DNA of 63,675 nucleotides, filler included, from Ministeria vibrans ATCC 50519 (taxonomy: Eukaryota; Protista; Filasterea): assembly GCA_943704425.1 (NCBI GenBank). It is 5 parts of 5 records of this genome, joined end to end, with 100 filler letters (N's around TTAATTAATTAA, not from the genome) between each part and the next. Parts side by side here need not be neighbours in the genome. Positions count along the whole stretch, not along the records: positions 1 to 11,099 come from CALSCP010000155.1; 4 more parts are not named here. One strand, written 5' to 3'. Below are positions 1 to 10,043 of the stretch, piece by piece. Position 1 is the stretch's first letter. Each line of letters begins with the position of its first letter. The notes under the pieces are model-generated. The model was not told where the DNA came from. It saw only the letters and a program-made list of their open reading frames with translations, and did no database searches. Made by a program: the position numbers and the translations under genes.

Positions 1-3000
1 AGCCGCTGCTCTATTTCAAGGAGTGCAACTCCTAGGTCGCGTACCGGCGTCTGGCTCACGACAAGCGCTCGCAGGCGGTCTTCCACCTCTGCAAACGTCG
101 GCCGATCACTCGCCTGGCCGCACCAGCACGACTTGATAATGCTAAACGCGCTCTTGGGGCATCCGTACGGAATGTCCAGTCGACGGCCCGTCTGCACAAA
201 CGGCACAATGCCGTTGATGGGCACGTCGCGGTACGGACGCACCTTGCCAAACGTGAACAGCTCCCAAACGAGAACACCAAACGACCACACGTCGCTCTTC
301 TCGCGCCAAAACACACCGTCGGTCAGGGCCTCGACGGGCATCCATCGCATCGGCAGCTGGCTGCCGCGCGGAATCTTGTAGCGATCGATGCCTCGCTCGA
401 GTCGCACGGCGAGACCAAAGTCACTCACCTTGACAACGTTGTTCGCGTACAAGAGGCAGTTGCGCGCGGCGAGGTCGCGGTGCAGCACACCGTTGTCCGC
501 CAGGAACCCCATTGCCGCCGCCACCTGCACGGCCATGCGCACCAGATCTGTCGGCGACACCTCGAGGCGGTGCCGCTGCGTGATTGTGCGGCGCACAAAG
601 CTGCGCAGGTCGCCGTACATGGCGAGCTCGGTGACCATGAGCCACGGCTCGCGGTCCATGCACACGCCCAGCAGCTTGACAATGCCCACGTGGCGCACCC
701 CCACGTCGGCCAGCAGTTGTGCTTCCTGCACAAAGTCGTCCCGGTCGCGCGGCGACGCGTTTGCGTTCAGCGTCTTCACCGCCACGACATCGCTCTCGGT
801 CGAGGCGAGAACGACAAAGCCAAAGTTGCCCTTGCCAATCTCCTCTTCAAACTTCAGTCGAGACCGCTCAAACTGGCTCTCCACCATCAGCGCGTCCATG
901 CTATGCCGCTCATCGTCGTAGTCGCCGTCGTCGTCGGCCAAGTTGGCCGGCTTGGGCATGGCCTCAAAGACCGCCTTGTGGCGCGCCTGCTCCATGGCCA
1001 GCTTCTCGCGCGTCTTTGATTTGAGCGACAGCGACTTGACCATGCGCTGCACTTGCTCCGAGAGCTGCTTGCGCGCCACACCTTCCATGCGCTTTATCAC
1101 GTTGTCGACAAAGCCCTCGCCAGAAGAAGCAGCAGCAGCAGCAGCAGCCTCCCCATACTCGGTCGCATCCCCTGCGCGGTTACCGTATACTTCCTCGACC
1201 TCCGCCGCCCGGTCGCGATTGCCATACTCGTTGGCCAACGACGCCGGCGCGTAGCCCGTCCCATCAACGTTACCGTATTCGCTCGCCAACGATGTCGGCG
1301 CGTAGCCAGTGCCCTCGCTGTTGCCGTAAAAGGTACCCTGGTAGTAGCTGCCGGCCGTGTTCGAGGATACGGCGCCCATGTAGCCGTACCCCTCGCTGCC
1401 GTCCCCCTCGTCCTCATCCTTGTCCACTAGGTGATAGTCGACACCCGGCTCCTCCTCTCCCTCCACGGCGTCCAAGCTCGGCTCACGCATGCTCGACTCG
1501 GAGAAGGAGAGCAGCTGGATTGAGCGCTTCCTCCCCAGCAAATGCGGATGCATGCCAGACGAATCCGACTTGGTGGATCGCAGACCCGCGTACATGCCGC
1601 CCGCCATGTTCATCTCATGGTCGGCCTCAGAGCCGGTTGGAGTGCACTCGTCTGTACCACGCCGCAGCGCGGTGGTCTCCGTCTGGTTGCTACTGAAGAG
1701 TCGTCGCACCTTAGCGAGCTTCTCTTTCCACTCCTTCCGCGTGCGTCCGCTCAACATGAACAGCAGGGCAAGCAGTGCACCCTGCATCGTGTTGAAGATG
1801 ACAAACAGGTACCACAGTGCCACCTGGTGCGTCGCAATGGCAAGGTACGCAAAAACCCACGTGAGTCCAAGACACGACACAATGCCGAAAAACACACGCA
1901 GTTTGGAGCGATCATTGGTTGCCGCGGCGCTGGCGCGCGACTTTCGCACAATCTGGTAGAAGACGATGCCCGTCACCACCAGGTTGTACACTAGCACTGC
2001 TCCAACGGGCACGAGAAAGCCAACAAGGAGACCAATGCGCGAGTGAATCCAGCAGTGGTTCGCGCCGCCAAACTGCACACCGCCATCGCTGGCCACATCG
2101 GCAATCACGATCACGATGGTAGCTCCGGCTGCGCAGCCCCAGCCAAGCGAAGAGTAGAAGCGTAGCGAGCGGCCCTGCCCAAACACCTTGACAAGCATGA
2201 AGTAGAGGTTGTGCGCAATGCACGCCATCCAGGCAAACGAGGCCATCAGAGAGAAATAGAGCAAGATACCCACGGCGCGACACGAAGTGGCGTTGGCGGT
2301 TTTTGTGATGCCCGCAAGGAAGATGAAATTGACGGCAAACAGGGCAATGGCCAGGTTGACAATCATGGCAATCGGCAGCGTGCGAACTCGCTTGAACACA
2401 GCATACGATAGGCAAATAAAGACACTCGCAATCATGGACAGCACGCAGCCAAAGTACGAGAGCACAGAAAGCACAACAGCGTCCGTCTCGGTTAGCTGTG
2501 ACTCAACAGGAGAGTTCCAGCCGGCGAGGATGGCAAACGATGTCATATAGCGACACGTTCGACAGCGCACACCGGGCGTAACAGCAGAGACGGTCTGTGG
2601 GTCCAGTTGCTGGCACCGGCAGACGGTTTTCGAGGCTTTGCGAAATATTGCGCGGCATCCATGTGTTGACCAAACGTGCGTCCAGCGATTCCATTGCACA
2701 CACACGCGATTGTCAAGGCGCGATGTGTTGTGATGGTACAGCGTCACGTCAATGCCAAGCTCCTCGGGGAGATTGGTGACGGTGGCGTTGGCGAGGGAGA
2801 AGCGGACAACGTTCGAGTCCACCTTGCCTTGCTGCGTGCCGTCCGAGGAGACATACGGATCGGTGGCGCTGACGAGCAGGCGCGTCAAAACACAGCTCTC
2901 GTTGAGACCCAAGTGTGTAAGCAATCCGCGCGGCACCACCAGCGTCTCGTTGAGACCCGTGTACTCGCGCTCCACTTGCGACGCGTTTTGTTGGCGAGCA

Positions 3001-6000
3001 ATGTGGGCCACAAGCCGCGGCAGTGAAAACTGCAAGCTTGTATCGCACACGACGCGTGACGACGCCGCCCCAACAAACTGGTCGAGCAGACTGTCGACGG
3101 TCACGTTTTGGTTGGTGGTGCGCAGCGTTGCGATCGAGGTGGGCTCGAGCAGGTTGCCAAGCACAGTAAACGACGATGACAGCGCTCCGTTGGCCCAAGG
3201 GTCGCTGGTATTGCCGGCCGTGTCCTTGCTGACGAGCGAGTCAAGGATCGAAGTGAGCGTCGACACAATGATAGCCGCTGCCGCGGCCGTCGTGTTCTCG
3301 TCGGCAAGCCAGGTGTTATTGGCGGTGAGCTGCACTAGCGGGACGGAGGCGGCGGCGGCTGCAGCGACGGAGCCGCTCGTGGTGTTGGCACGCAGTGTGA
3401 GTGCGTTGAGGAGGCAGGAGACGAGAGCACTGCCGCCAGAGCCAGCCGTGTCGACGGTCCCGGTGGTGAAGGCCGCCGGATTGACAAAGACAGAAACGCA
3501 CAGCTGCGGGTTGTTGCCGAGCCTCGTGTCACCGGTGACGTTGAGCAAGCGGGCAAGGTCCAGAGCAATGAAGCTGGGCAGCGACTCGACCCTGAGGGAG
3601 CCATCGATGCGCTCAAGCTGCGGCGCAATGAGGTCGACGACGCGCGTGGCGGCCGTGTCCGCAACCAGAAGGTCCCCGTGAACGTGCAGGAGCACAGGGA
3701 GATGCACAGACTCAACGGATGTGGCGTTGATGGTGAGCGCACCATAGAGCTGTTGCAGCGACGAGAGCGATGCCAAACTACGCACACCAGTGCCCAAGAG
3801 ATGAAGGGGGCCAAGAATGCGAGTGCAGCCGGCGTAAGCGTCGACCCGAGCCTGCGTCGTCACCGTGGCCTGCACGCGGCAGTCGCTCTCACACAGAGAG
3901 CCCGACACTTCCGTGATGCACGTGCAGTCAAAGCGTCGCGGGTCCGTGTCGTCCTCGGTGCAGGTGCCACCGTTTTGGCATGGCGACGACGCGCACTCGT
4001 CCACGTCCGACTCGCACACTGTGCCCGTGCGACCCGCAGGGCACTCACACACAAAGGAGTCCAGTGAGTCAAAGCACGTGCCACCATTGCTACACGGCGA
4101 CGAGCTGCACTCGTTGAACGCGAGCAGGGCCAGCTGCGCAGACGAAGCAGTTGTCGTGCCACACGCGCCTCCGGCCATTGGCACACACGAGCTGAGGCGA
4201 CGGCGACCAGCGGTGAAGGGTGCATCGGCCAGCGCCCACGCCGAGGGGTTGTCGAAAGGTGCGGCAATGTAGACGAGCGCGCCACCAGTGGTGGCGTTGG
4301 CATCGCGCGCAATGTGTACTTCAATGGCACGCGCAAACTCGCCGCCGTTCAGCGACGACACGATCAACGAGAAGATACTTGACTGTGCTTTGACAGCGTT
4401 GCTGGGAAGCGGACGAGCGGCAGCGGTATCCAGAGTACCAACACGAACAACCGTCCCGTTGGCAGCGACGGCACTAGCCGGGACGACGATGGTGAGCGAG
4501 CCAAACACGAGCGAGCCGCCCGCTGGGCCCACGATTATACCCGGCTGCGTACAGTTGGCGCCAAGGAGGCCATGTGCACAGTCCAACACTGGCGTCTCGC
4601 ACAGCACGCCAAAGAAGCCCGGAGCGCAGGTACACGTGGAGCCGTTTGTGGCGTCTGTACACGTACCACCATTGCTACATGGACTCGACGCGCACTTGTC
4701 AAAGTTGACGCTGCAGACTGTGCCGTTGTAGCCCGGGAAGCACGCGCACGTGTACGAGTTGGTACCGTCGTTGCACGTACCACCGTTCTCGCATGGATTC
4801 GAGGCACACTCGTCAGTGTTTGTCGAGCACGAGGAATCGTTGAAGCCGGGGGCACACGTACACACAAACGAGTTGGTGCCGTCGTTGCACGTGCCACCGT
4901 TCTCGCAAGGATTCGAGGCACACTCGTCAATATTCGTCGAGCACGAGGAATCGCTGAAGCCGGGGACACAAGAGCACGAATACGAGTTGGTGCCGTCGTT
5001 ACACGTGCCACCATTCTCGCAAGGATTCGAGGCACACTCGTCAATATTCGTCGAGCACGAGGAATCGTTGAAGCCGGGGACACAAGAGCACGAATACGAG
5101 TTGGTGCCGTCGTTGCACGTGCCACCGTTCTCGCAAGGATTCGAGGCACACTCGTCAATATTCGTCGAGCACGAGGAATCGTTGAAGCCGGGGACACAAG
5201 AGCACGAATACGAGTTGGTGCCGTCGTTGCACGTGCCACCGTTCTCGCAAGGATTCGAGGCACACTCGTCAATATTCGTCGAGCACGAGGAATCGTTGAA
5301 GCCGGGGACACAAGAGCACGAATACGAGTTGGTGCCGTCGTTGCACGTACCACCGTTCTCGCAAGGATTCGAGGCACACTCGTTAGTGTTTGTCGAGCAC
5401 GAGGGATCGTTGAAGCCAGGAACACAAGAACATGTGAAAGAGTTGGTGTCGTTGTTGCACGTACCGCCATTCTCACACGGGTTTGAGGCACACTCGCCGG
5501 CGCATGCAGTGGCAGCGGCCTGATGCAGAACGGCGACTTCATCGCCGCGAAGCGCCCGATCGAAGATGGACAGCTCGTCCAGACTCCCCAGAAAGCGATG
5601 CACATTAGAGGATGGCTTGGCGACGCGGTGCTTTGATGAAAAGACGAACGCGTCGGCTCCGCTCATGGACTCGCTTACACTTTCACCTCCACTTCGTGCA
5701 GAGCCGCCATCTACGTGCACCGTCGCCACGCCTGTACGGTTCCACGTGGCACAAACAAAATGCCAGGCATTGTCAAAGGGCCTCTCACTGCTCTGCACCT
5801 GTATGGCAAGTCCACTCACAAAAAGCCCAAAGCGGTATCCTGCTTCGCTTGTCTTGTTCACAAACGTGTGCAATTCCTGAGCGCCTGGAGTGGCACCAAA
5901 GCCGGTTCCCAAGCCCGAGGATCCGTAGTACAGCACGCTGGAGCTCGAGTTCTCTGGCCGCACCCAGTGGCACACGCTTCCGAGGGTCGATCCCACGGCG

Positions 6001-8050
6001 CCCTTTGGAGACGTCAGAGATACAAGCACCGAGTTTGTCGTGGCATCAAAGCGAAACCACGAATTGGAGGCATTTATGCCTTGGAACGCAGTGGAAAGCC
6101 TCGGGGCGTCGCTCCTTCCGGATGCCACAGCCGTGCCAACAATCATCGCCGACGTGCCGCTGGCAATTACCAGACCGCCGTCGGCGGCATCCAGCGACCA
6201 GTAGCAGAGGGGTTGCATGAACGACAGTGTGCTCCGAAAAGTTCCAACGCAAGCTGTTTGGATTGCACCACAGTCGACGCCCGTGAACCCAGCGGTGCAC
6301 ACACATGTGAAGCTATCCGAACCTTCCATGCACACGCCACCATTGCGACAGGGTGAAGAATCACACGGAAAGCAGCCCTGGTTCCACGTGGGCTGAGGCA
6401 GGACCCACGCGCTCGCAGAGGAGGCAAAGTCACCAGGAACCGCGGCAATGCCAGTGCACCAGAGCGACAGGTTTTGGTTGAATGCGAAAGCGGACCGAAA
6501 CATGCTCACCATGTTCTGAACCCTTCGGACGTCCCACATGCCAATGGCTCCGTTGAATTTCAAGGCAAAATGAAACATTGATTCCATGGAAAGCACAGAG
6601 TTAGTGTCCCAAGCACTGATGTTGCCATTGAATAGGGCGGTATCGCGAAACGTCGATGCCAGATTCGTAATGCCACTGATGTTCCATGCGGATAGGTCAG
6701 GGGTGGTAAGAGACGAGCAACCTTGAAAAAGGCCTTCGAGAGAGGTCATGCCTGATAGGTCGGGGGCGTCAGTGGCGCTGACGTCCATATTGGAGCACCC
6801 GGCAAAGTGCCGACGGCCCGTTCCCAAGTGTAGCGTGCCCCACTGTATCACGGCCAGGAGTTTTTTGGTGTCTTCGCTGTCGCTTTCATCAAAGTTCCAG
6901 CCGGACACGACGCCAGTGATGGTGATGTTGTACTGTCCCGCAGAAGAATAAATGTGCAAAGCCGAGCTACTTGAAGTGATTGTGTTGCTGGAACCATCAC
7001 CCCAATTCACCATGAAGTTGTATGTACCGTCAAGATGCAGTGGGAGGCGCACTTCGTCAGAGTTGGACGAGGCCCCACCAGCATTTCGTGCGGTATCCCA
7101 CGTTGATATAAAACGGTCACTGCACGGCGTCGAGGCACACTCGTCAGTGTTTGTCGTCTCGCACAGCTGACCCGTCGTGCCAACCGGACACACGCATGTA
7201 AAGCCAACCGCCATCTCATTACAGTGTCCGCCATTTGTGCACGGCATACTTGCACAGAGAAAGCAGCGGTCCAGCAAGACGGATGGCATGGTGACGTTTG
7301 CCAGGTTCAGCGCAGGATTGGCATCAAACACGCAGCTGCCAGTAAACTGGTTCAACACGGGTGCCGAAAACTCGCTGAGGAGAGCGTTGCTAGTCACAGT
7401 GAGGCCACCAGAAATACCCGGAAGTTGTGGGAAGAGCACAAATGTCAGTGCATCATTGTTGGTGATAGAAACGTAGCTCCCTGAACTCACGGAGAACGCT
7501 GGCGCGCTCAAGCCAACGAGACTTGGGTTGTTCTCCACGACAAACTCGCCCCAGACTTCCTCAAGGACAGGAAGTGTAGCATTGATGAGGCCATTGCACT
7601 GACGCACGTGTATCCCAGAAGCACCAAAGCCAGTGCCCTTGACAAATCGTAGTGAAGTCAAGAAGTCTAGAGAGGACATCGCGTTCCTTTCGACGCCAGA
7701 AATCTTGGAAAAAAAAAAGTCAAAACGAGTTCATTCAGTTAAAAATATTTAATATGGACAAAAACGTACATAAACCCTGCCATTAACAGTTTCCAAAAAA
7801 GCAAGGTCGGAGAACAGCGCACTTTGCTGCAATAAAAAAATGTGAACATCATGGGGGACAACGGAAAGAAACTCCTTCGCCAGCGCTGAAACCTGAAAAA
7901 CTAACCACAGTCTCTGAAACGTTGCCACTGATCTGCAGGTTTCCAGTAAGTGTTACGCATCCAGAGAATCTCGGAGAGCGAGTACAAGTGCCACCATTGG
8001 TACAGGGCTGACTGAGACATTCGTCCAAGTCTGTCTCGCAGTTTGTACCC
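1..8050 (-). CDS. Adhesion GPCR - tyrosine kinase fusion receptor (partial at both ends): EGF(part)-receptor L-EGF-PKD/BspA(DUF285)-EGF-LamG-like-EGFx8-ZU5-like-EGFx2-receptor L-GAIN/GPS-7TM-Tyr-rich linker-tyrosine kinase
   Basis: Manual translation gives a stop-free frame from the splice acceptor at 7703 (ttttccaag|ATT) to the window edge. No minus-strand ORF in this frame ends within 1-7900 in the ORF track, which fits an unbroken frame. Upstream exons are 7826-7770 and ~8050-7906 with GT-AG introns. Motifs: GPS CVQWNRWTHVWSTHGC...CRC...TSFAIL; 7TM SYFGCVLS...NLAIALF...CRAVGILLYFSLMASFAWM...GWG...CWI...LGLTWVF...YLFVIFNTMQG; kinase IGKGNFG/VAVK/HRDLAARN/DFG/LPMRWM/SDVWSFGV. The 5' end is unresolved beyond the poly-G at 8051-8061. 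Confidence 0.93.
70..870 (-). other. Protein tyrosine kinase catalytic domain of the fusion receptor
   Basis: RSRLKFEEEIGKGNFGFV...VAVKTL...DFVQEAQLL...IVKLLGVC...HRDLAARNCLL...VKVSDFGLA...LPMRWMPVEAL...KSDVWSFGVLVWELFTFGK...CW...RPTF. HRDLAARN and PxRW are tyrosine-kinase signatures. Confidence 0.95.
1750..3400 (-). other. GAIN/GPS domain plus secretin/adhesion-class 7TM region of the fusion receptor
   Basis: KVDSNVVRFSLANATVTNLPEELGIDVTLYHH...NRVCVQWN...WSTHGC, then the Stachel-like TSFAILAG, then seven hydrophobic segments with adhesion-GPCR consensus residues, ending FNTMQGALLALLFML and a helix-8-like RTRKEWKEKL. Confidence 0.92.
4694..5495 (-). repeat. Coding tandem array of 114-bp (38-aa) calcium-binding EGF units, the central copies near-identical in DNA
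   Basis: The unit DECASNPCENGGTCNDGTNSYSCSCVPGFNDSSCSTNI recurs; ttcgtcgagcacgaggaatcg appears at 114-nt spacing (4933, 5047, 5161, 5275). Confidence 0.92.
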
Positions 8051-8920
8051 GGGGGGGGGGGAGTGCCTTACCAGCTTTACAAATGCCGAACAGAGCTGGG
8101 AGCAATAGGAGATGCATAATCCAAACCACTAGAGGTAAGGCAGAAATGGTGAGCAGGTTGAAGGCCCCTCCATCATCACGTTGTTTGCACAGTCGTTGCC
8201 CAAACATGACGAAGAACAGCTGTTTGTCAAAGAGAAGCAAATAGAAGCAAAGATTTGCAGCGAGAAGAAAGCAAGCAGATTCCAAGCTTGAAGCAGAGAA
8301 TAGAGTTCGAAGAAAGAAAGAAAGACAAAAAGAGCACCTCGGCGGACACGCCAAGTGCGGCGGAAATAAATTATTTAGTGCGCCACCACAACCCAAGCTG
8401 GACGTGTATACCGTTACTTTCAAACAAAGGTGTGGATTCTTAACGGCAACATTGCACTCGAAAAAAGATGCAAGAACGGCGGACGACGCAAAAAAAAAAA
8501 AGGCGCCTCTACGGACACGCCAAGGGCACCACCACAAACCTTTTTTGTCACATATACCGTCAATGCCAAGCAAGGCGCAAAACATGCAGCGGCCACAAGG
8601 AACGAGCGAAAGACGGCAAAACCAAGAAAAACGAGCGCGTTTGCGATTCCTCTGCGATCTTCCTGCGATCACGCCAAAGCTCGCCGCAACGTACAATTGG
8701 TCGGGTAGACCTACCAAGCGAGGCGCGAAATAGCGGCCAAGGGGCAAGGAAGACGCGAAGAAAAGCACGCAAGCTTGGCAAACAAAACAGCCGAAACCAG
8801 GCTCTGCAAGCCTACGGAGTACTTCCGGAGTACACAGCATCGCAACATTGATAACTACGACCTTACTGGTTTTGCTTGGATGCTTAAAACAATAAGTGTA
8901 GAGTAAATAGAAGAAGCATA

Positions 8921-10043
8921 GTGCTGTGTCGACGCTATCCAGTGAGGCAATCGCAATGGTACGCCATACCCCCAGAGGAGGCTTAGGGCTCTGACACCAT
9001 GAAGGTGTCTGTCGGCAAGGAGTGTAAAGTCGAAGTCGTGGTTGAGGCAATCGGATCGGTGGTCGGCGGCGGCAAGTCCAGGTGGCTGCGGGGCGCTCCC
9101 GTGGTACACAGGCGGGGAGGGTCGGCTGTAGGGCGGTNNNNNNNNNNNNNNNNNNNNNNNNNNNNNNNNNNNNNNNNNNNNNNNNNNNNNNNNNNNNNNN
9201 NNNNNNNNNNNNNNNNNNNNNNNNNNNNNNNNNNNNNNNNNNNNNNNNNNNNNNNNNNNNNNNNNNNNNNNNNNNNNNNNNNNNNNNNNNNNNNNNNNNN
9301 NNNNNNNNNNNNNNNNNNNNNNNNNNNNNNNNNNNNNNNNNNNNNNNNNNNNNNNNNNNNNNNNNNNNNNNNNNNNNNNNNNNNNNNNNNNNNNNNNNNN
9401 NNNNNNNNNNNNNNNNNNNNNNNNNNNNNNNNNNNNNNNNNNNNNNNNNNNNNNNNNNNNNNNNNNNNNNNNNNNNNNNNNNNNNNNNNNNNNNNNNNNN
9501 NNNNNNNNNNNNNNNNNNNNNNNNNNNNNNNNNNNNNNNNNNNNNNNNNNNNNNNNNNNNNNNNNNNNNNNNNNNNNNNNNNNNNNNNNNNNNNNNNNNN
9601 NNNNNNNNNNNNNNNNNNNNNNNNNNNNNNNNNNNNNNNNNNNNNNNNNNNNNNNNNNNNNNNNNNNNNNNNNNNNNNNNNNNNNNNNNNNNNNNNNNNN
9701 NNNNNNNNNNNNNNNNNNNNNNNNNNNNNNNNNNNNNNNNNNNNNNNNNNNNNNNNNNNNNNNNNNNNNNNNNNNNNNNNNNNNNNNNNNNNNNNNNNNN
9801 NNNNNNNNNNNNNNNNNNNNNNNNNNNNNNNNNNNNNNNNNNNNNNNNNNNNNNNNNNNNNNNNNNNNNNNNNNNNNNNNNNNNNNNNNNNNNNNNNNNN
9901 NNNNNNNNNNNNNNNNNNNNNNNNNNNNNNCTTCGACTTTACACTCCTTGCCGACAGACACCTTCATTGTCAGAGCCCTAAGCCTCCTCTGGGGGTATGG
10001 CGTACCATTGCGATTGCCTCACTGGATAGCGTCGACACAGCAC
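8921..10043. mobile_element. Putative inverted-repeat element: ~115-bp arms (8921-9035 and 9931-10043) around an N gap, flanked by TA
   Basis: The left arm gtgctgtgtcgacgctatccagtgaggcaatcgc...gagtgtaaagtcgaag is the reverse complement of the right arm except for a 2-nt indel. TA at 8919-8920 and 10044-10045. No transposase is visible, so an assembly fold-back is possible. Confidence 0.45.

Noticed and set aside
4694-5495. Regular repeats that might be read as a CRISPR array
   Set aside because: Contiguous 114-bp coding EGF units with no unique spacers, in a eukaryotic gene.
56-7484. Dozens of short ORFs on both strands in the ORF track, including the repetitive 4535-5605, 4572-5486 and 4750-5523 ORFs
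   Set aside because: They are alternative-frame or antisense shadows of the GC-rich GPCR-kinase exon; the real frame is absent from the track because it has no stop in the window.
7953-9050. 365-aa minus-strand ORF
   Set aside because: Phe/Leu/Cys-rich translation of T-rich intronic and repeat DNA; the EGF-coding exon at its 3' end is in another frame.
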